NCBI RefSeq assembly: GCF_009914755.1
Contig: NC_060943.1
DNA from: the human T2T-CHM13v2.0 reference genome, Homo sapiens
DNA length: 64,000 bases
Strand: one strand, 5' to 3'
Part shown: positions 1 through 12,600 of the stretch, piece after piece
How positions within the stretch are numbered: the first letter of the stretch is position 1
Layout of the letters: each line of letters opens with the position of its first letter
Made by a program: the position numbers and the translations under genes
Notes under the pieces: generated by a model
What the model was told of the DNA's origin: nothing
Seen by the model: the letters and a program-made list of their open reading frames with translations, nothing else
Databases searched by the model: none

Positions 1-590
1 GACATAGCTTTCCAAACAGTCTGTCTCTTGTCTTTCTTCCTGTACTTTATTCAAAAGACAAACAAAAATCTTTCATTTTTTAAATACAACATGAAAATCT
101 GGTTCAAGAGTGGAAGCCTATATTTCACCTTTGTGTTAGTATAGTAATGATGCCAAAGTTCTTAATAAAATCTTATATACAACATATCAAAGCTTAATTA
201 GTTTGACTATAAGGTAAGATTCTCAGAAATCTTTTACAACCCTTTAAAATTTTTGTTAAACGGCAAATCTGTGCTCTAAAAAAAACCTGTTGAGCTTTTA
301 TTCCAATGTTCAATTTATGGAAAAACTGAATATCTATTTAACTTTAGCCAGTATGTTCACACACAGAATTTTTTTATGAGATTAAATTTTTAAAAACCTT
401 CCACAACTTGCTCAAACCTTCAGGTTTATTCTAACTTAAAACAACCCTTTAGATCTCTAACCGAGGCCCCAATATTAACATTCTTATGCCTTTTTATAAT
501 CTTATACTGAAAGCACATTCTATTTTTCTTACACACCTTGCATGTAAAGCTGTTTTTATTTCCCAAAGATTACTTATGTCACATGAACTA
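1..590 (-). mobile_element. ERV1 (MER4-group-like) non-coding internal segment, fragment
   Basis: Its reverse complement aligns by eye with the ERV internal region at ~27700-28030 plus 34190-34350 of this window (e.g. ...aaaagatttctgagaatcttaccttatagtcaaact vs ...aaaagatttgtaaaaatctcatttcatggtcaaact). Confidence 0.65.
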
Positions 591-3287
591 AAAGGCATTC
601 ACACATGGACACAGTGCACTGGTGAGGTCTTCAACCTCATATGCGGATGCAGTTCAGTTGGAATTGTGACTGTCATATGTGAACATCCAGCCACAATTGG
701 GATGGTGACTCATTTCTAAACCCAGCACATAGACAGTTGAGAAACTTCTATCTGGACCAAATCTACTGAAGAGATGTTGACTCTCATGAATGAGCTTAGG
801 GTCACAGGTACAATCATGGGTGCAGGCTAGCACGAAGGTCTCAGAGCAGATTTTGACTCTCATGCATACCATATAAATACCTTGAATGGTAGAGAGAGTG
901 TCCCCACAAGGCCCAACACACAGGTAACATTGTGATTATCCCATGCACAGGTGGCTAATAGTAAAGACTGTCATTCTTCCACATGAATACAGCCCACTGT
1001 TGAGGTTCTGAATCTCCCACCCAGAGGCAGTGGAAAGTTGGAGAATTAACTCTCATACATGGATCTGATCCATAGACGAGTTGGTGACTCTCAGACTAAG
1101 ACTCCCAACAACAGTGAGGTTGTGACTTCACTAAGGGAACACAGTTTTCAGGAGAGATTTAGTCTCTTGTGTACAAATTCAGTCCCCTGTTGAGATTGTG
1201 ACTCACATGCTTAGCCCAAACCTACAGGTGTTGACTCTCATACCTGGAACTGGAAAGTGTGTGGGATTAATCTCATCCCTGGACCTTCCTATAGGTGTGA
1301 ATCTGATATATGCCTCTGCCCAGAATCTGAGTGATTCTCCTGCCTGGGTCCAGCCTTCAGCAGAGATCATGACATATCACTTGGTGCAGCACTTAGCTGA
1401 TGTAACCTATTCTCCTGCCTTGGCTCTGCCCATAGAAGGCATTGTGATGTATTGCCAGGCCCTGCACCCAGGTTATGTGATTTCTGCCTGTGCCCTGACC
1501 ACATTGGCTATTTTAACATATTGCACTGTCCAACACCAGGTGATGTTACTTTTCCACCTGCGCCCTTCCAACAGCGGACATTATAAACTGTCTCTGTGCC
1601 CATCACTTATGTGTTCTGACTTTCTTCTCCTGCATGGTTTCTGCTCACAGGAGGAATTGGGACATATCCCAGGGCTCAGCACCCAGTTGATGTGACTCTT
1701 CTTTTTTTTCTATGTTCTGCTCACACAAAAGATATTGACCTATTGCTGGGCCCAACACCAAGGTGATATTACTCTTTCACTTTAGCCCTACCCTCAGAAG
1801 GCATGGTGACATATTGCTGGGCCCAACGCAAAAGAGATTTGAGTCCTTTGCCTGGACCCTGCTTACAAGGGGGCATTGTGATATATCTCTGGGCCCATAG
1901 ACTATTTGATCTGAGTCTCCTCTCTTTCCTGGGCTTTACCTAGAGTAGGCATTGTGATATATCTCTGGGCTCTGCACCCAGCTAATTTGACTTGCCTCTT
2001 CTGTCTGGGCCATGACTACAGGTAAGAGTGACTTATCAGGACCCAGCACACAAGTGATGTGGTTCTTCTGCCTGCTCTCTGCCCACAGGCATCATTGATA
2101 CATATCTGTGGTCCCAAAATATAGATAATGTGACTCTTTTTTTGGGTGGGAAGGGACATGTCCACAGTGGGGATTTTGACATAATGCTTGGCACAGCATT
2201 TATGTTATTTGACTCTCCTCTTATGGTTAGGCTCTACCCACTGGGGTAATTGTGACATATATCTGGGTGCAGCCCCTAGGTTTTATGGCTATCCTCTTTT
2301 CCATGATCCCTACTCATAGCATACATTGTGACATATCTCTGATTTTCTCACCTAGGTTATGTGACTTTCTTGTCTTTGCCCTTCCATTAGAGGGTATTGT
2401 GACATATTGCTAGGTCCATTATGTAGGTGATGTGACTCTTCACCTGTCCCTTCACCCAAAAGGTGAAGAGAGACATTGTGAAACATCTCTGAGCCAATTT
2501 CCTACATAATGTGCCTCTTCTCTGCTGCCTGAGAAATGCCCCCAAAGGGGATTGTGACATATCTCTGGGCCCAGCACCTGAATGTTGTGACTCTCCTGCC
2601 TGGACTCTACCTAGAGAAAATATTATGATATGTCACTTGGCCCTGCACACAAATGATGTTACTCTCCTGCCTGGGCCTTACTTATAGAGGGGATTGAGAT
2701 ATTTTCCAGGTGAAGAATTCAGGTGATGTCACTCTCATTTCTCAGCCTTTCTCACAGGTAAGATTGTGACATATTACTCAGCCCAGCACACAGATGAAAT
2801 TTTTCCTCTTGTATGCAAACCCAGCCAACAGTTGCTATTGTCACCATAACACATGAATAAAGACCACTGTTGAGGTCCTGAATCTTATATGTGAACACAT
2901 CAACAGTTGGAATTGTGACTGTCTTATGTATTTCTCACCAGAAGTGGGATAGTGACTCATTTCTGGATTCAGCTCACAGGAATGGTGATAACTCTCATAC
3001 CTGGACGAAGCCAGTAAGAGAGATGTTGACTCTGGTAGCTATGCTTAGGGGTCTGGGTCTTTTACTTGTAAGAAGGTAACAGAAGATTATGACACTTACA
3101 CATACGGTATAAAGCTTTTGGGCAATACAGAGTGCCATTACAGGGCCCAGTCCACAGGTGAGATTGTAACTCTCCTATACACACCTAGCCAACAGTTTGA
3201 ATTGCCACCCTCACACATAGACCGAGCCCATTGGTGAGGTCCTGAATCTCACACATGAACCTATTCCACCATTGAAATTATACTGTC

Positions 3288-3570
3288 CGGCCATGGTGGC
3301 CGCGGGTGGTGGTTGGCGCGGCTGCGCTGCGGCCCAGGGCAGTGCGGAGCCGGGACAGTCGCGGCGCTGACGCCCGCGGGCCCCAGCTGCAGATATGAAG
3401 CGGAGCTGCTGCCGCGACCGACCGCAGCAGCTGCCGCCCGACCGCCGGGAGGATGGAGTTCAGCGGGCAGCGGAGCTGTCTCAGTCTTTGCCGCCGCGCC
3501 GGCGAGCGCCGCCCGGGAGGCAGCGGCTGGAGGAGCGGACGGGCCCACGGGGCCCGAGGGCAAGGAGCAG
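3288..3570 (+). pseudogene. Transduced MAST2 exon 1 fragment (5' UTR plus N-terminal codons) forming the SVA_F1 5' end
   Basis: The ORF from 3395 reads MKRSCCRDRPQQLPPDRREDGVQRAAELSQSLPPRRRAPPGRQRLEERTG, matching the MAST2 N-terminus as recalled. It ends at ...GGCAAGGAGCAG joined to the SVA Alu-like CCGCCTGCCTTGGCCTCCC. Confidence 0.9.
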
Positions 3571-3609
3571 CCGCCTGCCTTGGCCTCCCAAAGTGCCGAG
3601 ATTGCAGCC

Positions 3610-6600
3610 TCTGTCCGGCCACCACCCCGTCTGGGAAGTGAGGAGTGTCTCTGCCTGGCCGCCCATCGTCTGGGATGTGAGGAGCCCCTCTGCCTGGCTG
3701 CCCAGTCTGGAAAGTGAGGAGCGTCTCCGCCCGGCCGCCATCCCATCTAGGAAGTGAGGAGCGCCTCTTCCCAGCCGCCATCACATCTAGGAAGTGAGGA
3801 GCGTCTCTGCCCGGCCGCCCATCGTCTGAGATGTGGGGAGTGCCTCTGCCCCGCCGCCCCATCTGGGATGTGAGGAGCGCCTCTGCCCGGCCGAGACCCC
3901 GTCTGGGAGGTGAGGAGCGTCTCTGCCCGGCCGCCCCATCTGAGAAGTGAGGAGACCCTCTGCCTGGCAACCACCCCGTTTGAGAAGTGAGGAGCCCCTC
4001 CGCCTGGCAGCTGCCCCGTCTGAGAAGTGAGGAGCCTCTCCGCCCGGCAGCCACCCCATCTGGGAAGTGAGGAGCGTCTCCGCCCGGCAGCCACCCCGTC
4101 CGGGAGGGAGGTGGGGGGGGGGGGTCAGCCCCCCGCCCGGCCAGCCGCCCCATCCGGGAGGGAGGTGGGGGGGTCAGCCCCCCGCCTGGCCAGCCGTGCC
4201 GTCCGGGAGGGAGGTGGGGGGGTCAGCCCCCCCCCGGCCAGATGCCCCGTCCGGGAGGTGAGGGGCGCCTCTGCCCGGCCGCCCCTACTGGGAAGTGAGG
4301 AGCCCCACAGCCCGGCCAGCCACCCCGTCCGGGAGGGAGATGGGGGGGTCAGCCCCCCCACCCGGCCAGCCGCCCCGTCCGGGAGGGAGGTGGGGGGGTC
4401 AGCCCCCCGCCTGGCCAGCCGCCCCGTCCGGGAGGGAGGTGGGGGGGTCAGCCCTCCGCCCGGCCAGCCGCCCCGTCTGGGAGGTGAGGGGCGCCTCTGC
4501 CCAGCCGCCCCTACTGGGAAGTGAGGAGCCCCTCTGCCCGGCCAGCCGCCCCGTCCGGGAGGGAGGTTGGGGGGTCAGCCCCCCGCCCGGCCAGCCGCCC
4601 TGTCCGGGAGGGAGGTGGGGGTGTCGGCCCCCCGCCCGTCCAGCCGCCCCGTCCGGGAGGGAGGTGGGGGGGTCGGCCCCCCGCCCGGCCAGCCGCCCCA
4701 TCCGGGAGGGAGGTGGGGGGGGGTCAGCCCCCCTGCCCGGCCAGCCGCCCCGTCCGGGAGGTGAGGGGCGCCTCTGCCCGGCCGCCCCTACTGGGAAGTG
4801 AGGAGCCCCTCTGCCCGGCCAGCCGCCCCGTCAGGGAGGGAGGTGGGGGTGTCAGCCCCCCGCCCGGCCAGCCGCCCCGTCCGGGAGGGAGGTGGGGGGG
4901 GTCAGCCCCCCCGCCCGGCCAGCCGCCCCGTCCGGGAGGTGAGGGGCGCCTCTGCCCGGCCGCCCCTACTGGGAAGTGAGGAGCCCCACAGCCCGGCCAG
5001 CCACCCCGTCCAGGAGGGAGGTGGGGGTGTCAGCCCCCACCCGGCCAGCCGCCCCGTCCGGGAGGGAGGTGGGGGGGGTCAGCCCCCCTGCCCGGCCAGC
5101 CGCCCCGTCCGGGAGGGAGGTGGGGGGTCAGCCCCCCGCCCGGCCAGCCGCCCCGTCCGGGAAGGAGGTGGAGGGGTGTCAGCCCCCCCGCCCGGCCAGC
5201 CGCCCCGTCCGGGAGGTGAGGGGCGCCTCTGCCCGGCCGCCCCTACTGGGAAGTGAGGAGCCCCTCTGCCCGGCCAGCCGCCCCGTCCGGGAGGGAGGTG
5301 GGGGTGTCAGCCCCCCGCCCGGCCAGCCGCCCCGTCCGGGAGGGAGGTGGGGGGGGTCAGCCCCCCTGCCCGGCCAGCCGCCCCGTCTGGGAGGTGAGGG
5401 GCGCCTCTGCCCGGCCGCCCCTACTGGGAAGTGAGGAGCCCCTCTGCCCGGCCAGCCGCCCCATCCGGGAGGGAGGTTGGGGGGTCAGCCCCCCGCCCGG
5501 CCAGCCGCCCCATCCGGGAGGTGAGGGGCGCCTCTGCCCGGCCGCCCCTACTGGGAAGTGAGGAGCCCCTCTGCCCGGCCAGCCGCCCCGTCCGGGAGGG
5601 AGGTGGGGGTGTCAGCCCCCGCCCGGCCAGCCGCCCCGTCCGGGAGGGAGGTGGGGGGGTCAGCCCCCCTGCCTGGCCAGCCGCCCCGTCCGGGAGGGAG
5701 GTGGGGGGGTTGGCCCCCCGCCCGGCCAGCCGCCCCGTCCGGGAGGGAGGTGGGGGGGGGTCAGCCCCCCCGCCCGGCCAGCCGCCCCGTCCGGGAGGTG
5801 AGGGGCGCCTCTGCCCGGCCGCCCCTACTGGGAAGTGAGGAGCCCCACAGCCCGGCCAGCCACCCCGTCCAGGAGGGAGGTGGGGGTGTCAGCCCCCGCC
5901 CGGCCAGCCGCCCCGTCCGGGAGGGAGGTGGGGGGGGTCAGCCCCCCTGCCCGGCCAGCCGCCCCGTCCGGGAGGGAGGTGGGGGGGTCGGCCCCCCGCC
6001 CGGCCAGCCGCCCCGTCCGGGAGGGAGGTGGAGGGGTGTCAGCCCCCGCCCGGCCAGCCGCCCCATCCGGGAGGGAGGTGGGGGGGGTCAGCCCCCCTGC
6101 CCGGCCAGCCGCCCCGTCCGGGAGGGAGGTGGGTGTGTCAGCCCCCCGCCCGGCCAGCCGCCCCGTCCGGGAGGGAGGTGGAGGGGTGTCAGCCCCCCCG
6201 CCCGGCCAGCCGCCCCGTCCGGGAGGTGAGGGGCGCCTCTGCCCGGCCGCCCCTACTGGGAAGTGAGGAGCCCCTCTGCCCGGCCAGCCGCCCCGTCCGG
6301 GAGGGAGGTGGGGGTGTCAGCCCCCCGCCCGGCCAGCCGCCCCATCCGGGAGGGAGGTGGGGGGGGTCAGCCCCCCTGCCCGGCCAGCCGCCCCGTCCGG
6401 GAGGTGAGGGGTGCCTCTGCCCGGCCGCCCCTACTGGGAAGTGAGGAGCCCCTCTGCCCGGCCAGCCGCCCCATCCGGGAGGGAGGTTGGGGGGTCAGCC
6501 CCCCGCCCGGCCAGCCGCCCCGTCCGGGAGGTGAGGGGCGCCTCTGCCCGGCCGCCCCTACTGGGAAGTGAGGAGCCCCTCTGCCTGGCCACCACCCCGT

Positions 6601-6610
6601 CTGGGAGGTG
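3610..6610 (+). repeat. SVA VNTR, ~3 kb (37-50-bp units)
   Basis: Tandem GGGAAGTGAGGAGC(G/C)CCTCTGCCCGGCC and GGGAGGGAGGTGGGGGGGTCAGCCCCCCGCCCGGCCAGCCGCCCCGTCC units. Confidence 0.95.
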
Positions 6611-8930
6611 TGCCCAACAGCTCATTGAGAACGGGCCAGGATGACAATGGCGGCTTTGTGGAATAGAAAGGCGGGAAAGGTGGGGAAAAGATTGAGAAAT
6701 CGGATGGTTGCCGTGTCTGTGTAGAAAGAAGTAGACATGGGAGACTTTTCATTTTGTTCTGCACTAAGAAAAATTCCTCTGCCTTGGGATCCTGTTGATC
6801 TGTGACCTTACCCCCAACCCTGTGCTCTCTGAAACATGTGCTGTGTCCACTCAGGGTTAAATGGATTAAGGGCGGTGCAAGATGTGCTTTGTTAAACAGA
6901 TGCTTGAAGGCAGCATGCTCGTTAAGAGTCATCACCAATCCCTAATCTCAAGTAATCAGGGACACAAACACTGCGGAAGGCCGCAGGGTCCTCTGCCTAG
7001 GAAAACCAGAGACCTTTGTTCACTTGTTTATCTGCTGACCTTCCCTCCACTATTGTCCCATGACCCTGCCAAATCCCCCTCTGTGAGATACACCCAAGAA
7101 TTATCAATAAAAAAATAAATTAAAAAAAAAAAAAAAAGAAATTATACTGTCATATATGGATTCAGCCACAGGTTGAATGGTGACAAATTTCTGAACTCAA
7201 CTCACTTGCACAATGAACCCAGCCAATAGAAGATGTGTTGACTCTTAGGCTTAGGGCAAGAGGCAAGGTTTTGGGTTTCTCACTTGTTTGAAGGTCACAA
7301 AAAATTATCAAACTCACTCATATTGTATAATGCCCTCACATTGTACAGAGAGTGTCATTACATAACTCAGCACAAAGTGGAGATTGTGACTCTCAAATGC
7401 ACGCCCAGCCAAGAATAAGAATTGTGATCCACACACACAGACAGAACCCACTGGTGAGGTCTTGAATCTCACTCTCAGATGAGTCCACAGTTTGAATTTT
7501 TAATGTCATGTGTGGATCCAGCCACAGGTAAGAGGGTGACTCATTTCTGAACCCATCTAAGAGACACAGTCATGATTTTCATACCTGGACCCAGCCAATA
7601 TGAGAGGTGTTGACTCTCATACCTGGACTTAGGAAAAGAGGCAAGATCATGAGTTTATACAGCACTAATGTCTCAGAGGGGATTGTGACTCTCACCCAAA
7701 CAATGTAAAGCCCTGTGGAGTTAAAGAGAGTGTCATAAGAGGACCCAGAACACAACTGAAATTGTGATTCTTATATGCACTTCCAGCCCACAGTAAAAAG
7801 TGTCACCCTCCCACATGAATACAGACCACTGTTGAGCTTCTGAATTGTACATCTGGATGCAGTTGAAAAGTGGAATTCTAATTCTCATTTGTGGATTTTG
7901 TCCACAGGTAGATGATGACACTAGGATCAGGGTTCATCACACCGGTGAGGCTTTGATTCTGATAGCAGGACATGGTCTGCAGGTGGAATTGGGACTCTTA
8001 TGCATGGATTCAGTCCATCATTGAGATTGTGACTCATGTACTTGCATGCAATGCACAGGAGGTGTTGACTCTCCTACCTGAAGCTGGGACACGTGTGGAA
8101 TTGTGCATCTTAGCCCTGGACCTTCCACAAGTGTTGTTGTGACATATACTTTTGCTTAGCACCTGAGTAATTTTACTCCCCTGCCTGGGCCCAGCCCTCA
8201 GAGGGGATTGTGACAGATACCTGGGTCAAACACCTAGGTGATGTGACTCTCATGCTTGAGCCCTACCCACAGAGGGTGCTGTAGAATATCACTGGGCTCA
8301 GCACTTAGGTCATGTGACTCTTATTTTCAGCCAGGGCCCTGCCCACAGAGCCATTGTGAGATATCACTGAGCTCAGCACCTCCGTGATGTGACTGTACGG
8401 CCTGTGCCCTGCCCACAGTAGGTATTGTGACTTACCTCTGAACTCATTACCTAGGTGATGTGACTTTCCTCTTTTGCCTGCATTCTGCCCCTTGAAAATG
8501 GACTGTGACATACCATTTAGGTGATATGATTCTATTCTTCTGCCTGAGCTCTGGCCATAGGGGAGATTGAATCATTTTACTGAGCCCAGATTGCAAGTGA
8601 TGTGACCCTCTATCCTAGGCCCTGCCCACAGGAGGTATCGTGATTTATCTCTGTGGCCATAATTTAGGTGCTGTGACTCTTCTATTCTCTCTAGGCCATG
8701 CCAGTTGAGGGGGATTGTGACTTTTCTATTCTCTCTAGGTCATGCCAATTGAGGGGGATTTGGACCAGCACAAAGGTAATTAAAAACTCCTGCCTAGGCC
8801 ATTCTCATAGAAGGCATTGTGACATATCACTGGTCACAGCACACAGGTAATTTAACTCTCCTTCCTGGGCCCTGCCCATAGGGGATATTGTAACATATCT
8901 TTAGCCCAGCACTTAAAATATGTGACTCTC

Positions 8931-9650
8931 AAATGGTATTTCTAGTTCTAGATCCCTGAGGAATCACCACACTGACTTCCACAATGGTTGAACTAGTTTA
9001 CAGTCCCACCAACAGTGTAAAAGTGTTCCTATTTCTCCATATCCTCTCCAGCACCTGTTGTTTCCTGACTTTTTAATGATCGCCATTCTAACTGGTGTGA
9101 GATGGTATCTCATTGTGGTTTTGATTTGCATTTCTCTGATGGCCAGTAAAGGATTATAAATCATGCTGCTATAAAGACACATGCACACGTATGTTTATTG
9201 TGGCACTATTCACAATAGCAAAGACTTGGAACCAACCCAAATGTCCAACAATGATAGACTGGATTAAGAAAATGTGGCACATACACACCATGGAATACTA
9301 TGCAGCCATTAAAAATGATGAGTTCATGTCCTTTGTAGGGACATGGATGAAGCTGGAAACATCATTCTCAGCAAACTATCGCAAGGACAAAAAACCAAAC
9401 ACTGCATGTTCTCACTCATAGGTGGGAATTGAACAATGAGAACACATGGACACAGGAAGGGGAACATCACACACCGGGGACTGTTGTGGGGTGGGAGGAT
9501 GGGGGAGGGATAGCATTAGAAGATACACCTAATGCTAAATGACGAGTTAATGGGTGCAGCACACCAACATGGCACATGTATACATATGTAACAAACCTGC
9601 ACATTGTGCACATGTACCCTAAAACTTAAAGTATAATAATAATAATAATA
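8931..9650 (+). mobile_element. 5'-truncated, 5'-inverted L1 (L1PA3/L1PA4-like)
   Basis: 8931-9147 is antisense ORF2 3' sequence. 9148-9650 is the sense ORF2 end, 3' UTR and (AAT)n tail. TSD ATGTGACTCTC at 8920-8930 and 9654-9664. Confidence 0.9.
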
Positions 9651-12600
9651 AAAATGTGACTCTCCTAGCTGGTTTCTTTTCCACAGGTGAGAATTTCACA
9701 TATAACTGCACCCAGCACACAGGTGAAATTGTGACTTTTGTATGCTCATCCAGCCAACAGTTATGAGTGTCATTGTCTCATATGGACAGAGAACACTGGT
9801 GAGGTCCTGAATCTTGTACACGGACATAGTCCACAGTTGGAATTTTGACTGTCATGTGTAGGTCCAGCCACAGGTGTGATGTTGACCTGTTTATGGAGTT
9901 AGCTCACAGACACAGTGAGAACTCTCATATCTTGACCCAACCAATAAAAGAGAAGTTGACTCTTATAGCTAGGCTTAAGGAAACCAATAGGGTCCTGGGT
10001 CTCCTACCTGTATGAAAGTCACAGAAGATTATGACACTCATGCATATTGTATAAATCCCTCTGGGTGGTACAGAGATTCATTATAGGGCCCAGCACACAG
10101 GTGAGATTGTGACTTTGTTATGCAGACACCGCTGACAGTACCATCACCCTCACATATAAACAGAGCCCACTGGTGAGGTCCTAAATTTCACAAACTGACA
10201 CAGTTCACAGTTGGGATTGTGACTGTGATATTTAAATCTGATCACAGATGAGATGATGACTCACTTCTGGATCCAGCTTAGAAAACAGTGATGGCTCTTT
10301 CACCTGGACTCAGCTAAATGGAGAGATGTTGACTCTGTTAACTAGGTTTAGGGGAGCACATAATGTTCTGGGTCTCCTGCTTGCATAAGGGTAGCAGAGG
10401 ATTATGACACTATACATATTGTACAAAGTCCCCCATTGGTCCTGAGAGGGTCATTACAGGGTCTGGCACACAGGTGAGACTGTGACTCTGATATGCACAC
10501 AGGCAGAGTAAGGATTGTCAGCCTCCTACATGGACACAGCCCACTGTTGAGATTCTGAATCTCACAACCAGAAGCAGTCAAAAGTTGGAATTGTGACTCT
10601 CATAGGTAGATGTGGTCCACAGCTGAGATGATGACCTCAGACCAGGAGGCAGCACACCTGGAGGCTGTGACTCCTCTACCGAGATGCAGTCTGCGGGTGT
10701 GATTGTGGCTGTCATGCACAAATCCAGTCCACCTTTGAGACTGTGACTCACTTACTGAGACCCAATTCACAGGAGGAGTTCACTCTGATACATAGAGCTG
10801 GGACATGTGTGGGATTGTAAATCTTATCACTTAACCTTTCTGCAGGTGTGATTGTGATATATAGCTTTGCCCAGCACCTGAGTAATTTAACTCTCTTGTC
10901 TGAGCCTGGCATACAGTTAGGATCTTAACATATACCTGGGCCAAGCACCTAGGTAGTGTGACTTTTTTTTGGGCCCTGCCCTCAGGGATAATTGTTACTT
11001 ATCACTAAGTTCAGAACCTAGTGATGTGACATTTCTCTACTGTCTTGGCCCTACCCACAAAACAAAATTACATCACTGGGCCCAGCACCTAGGTAATGTG
11101 CCTCTACTCTTTTTCCTGGGCCCTGTTCATGGTGGGCCTTGTGTCACATACATGAGCCCTGCTGGAAAGCATGATGATGATTCTCATACATAAACCCAGC
11201 CAAAAGATGTGATTTTTTACTCACATAGTGAGGCATAGGGCAACAAATAAGGTCTTGTGTCCCTTACTTGTACAAAGGTCACAGAACATTATAAGCCCAC
11301 CGATATGTCATATAGTCCTAAGAGAGTACAGAGAGTGCTGATACAAGGCCCACTTGAAGATGAGATTGGACTCTCTTATGCACACCTCACTGACCATTAG
11401 AATCACCACATTCAAACATGGAGAGAGCCCACTGGTGACCTAAATTTTACATGCCGATGCAGTCTGCAGTTAGAGTTGTAACTGTCATATATGCATTTGG
11501 CCACAGGTAGGATGGTGATTCATTATTGGACCCAGCTCACAGGCATGATGATGAATCTTGTATCTGGAATCAGCAAAAAAAAAAAAAGATATATTAATTC
11601 ACATAGCTAGGCTTAGGGCAAATGGTAAGGTCCTGGTTCCCCTACTTGTACGAAGGTCACAGAGGATTACTACACATGCTTATAATATAAAGGCCTTGGG
11701 TGGCACAGAGAGTGTCACAGCAGGACCCAGCACACAGGTGAGATTGTGGCTCTCTTAAACACACCCAGCCAGCAGTTAGGATTGTCACCCTCAAACAGGA
11801 ACAGAGCCTACTGGTGAGGTCTAGAATCTAAAGTGGAAACACGGTCCACAGTTGGAATTATGAATGTCATATGTGGATCTGGCCACAAGTTAGGTGTTGA
11901 CACATTTTTGAACCCAGCTCACAGTCACAGGGATGACTCTCATACCTGGACCCAGACAACAGAAGATATGTTGACTCTCAGGCTTAGGGCAATGGGTAAG
12001 ATCATGAGCTTATATCAGCACTAAGGTCTTACAGGAAATTTCAATTCTTATGCATCCTGCATAAAGCCCTGGGGTGGTATAGATTGTGTCATAACAGGGC
12101 TCAGGACAAGTGGGATTGAGACCCTTGTATGCACACGCACCCAAGAGTAAGAACTGTCACCCTCTCACATGGACACAGCCCACTGTTGAGGCTCTGAATC
12201 TTACATTCAGGGGTATTCAGAAGTTGGAATTGTGATTCTCATAGGTGGATTTGATTCATAGGTAGGTTGGTGACGGGTAGGATAGTTAGGATTGTATCTT
12301 CAGGCCAAAATTTATCACACCTATGAGGCAGTGACTGACCCCACTGAAACACTGTCCAGAGTTGGGGTTGGCTTTCTCAGGCACTGATCCAGTCCATGGT
12401 TAAAAATGTGATTCACATTCTTGAACACAACTCACAGGAGTTGACTCTCATACCTCAAGCTGGGACAAGTGCGAGATTGTAAATCTTATATCTGGACCTT
12501 CCCACAGGGTGATTGTTACATGTATCTTTGTCAGAGAACTGATGAATTTTGCTGTCCTGCAGAAGCCCATTCTATAGTTGAGATTTTGACATACACCTTG

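Larger units (their letters stand above)
3288..7137 (+). mobile_element. SVA_F1 (MAST2-SVA / CpG-SVA) retrotransposon
   Basis: MAST2-like exon 1 (3288-3570), short Alu-like remnant, GC-rich VNTR (~3610-6610), SINE-R (~6610-7110), AATAAA at 7106-7111, poly(A). Perfect 14-bp TSD GAAATTATACTGTC at 3274-3287 and 7138-7151. Confidence 0.95.

Noticed and set aside
3261-6938. Many overlapping Pro/Gly/Arg-rich ORFs on both strands
   Set aside because: Artefacts of the GC-rich, stop-poor SVA VNTR.
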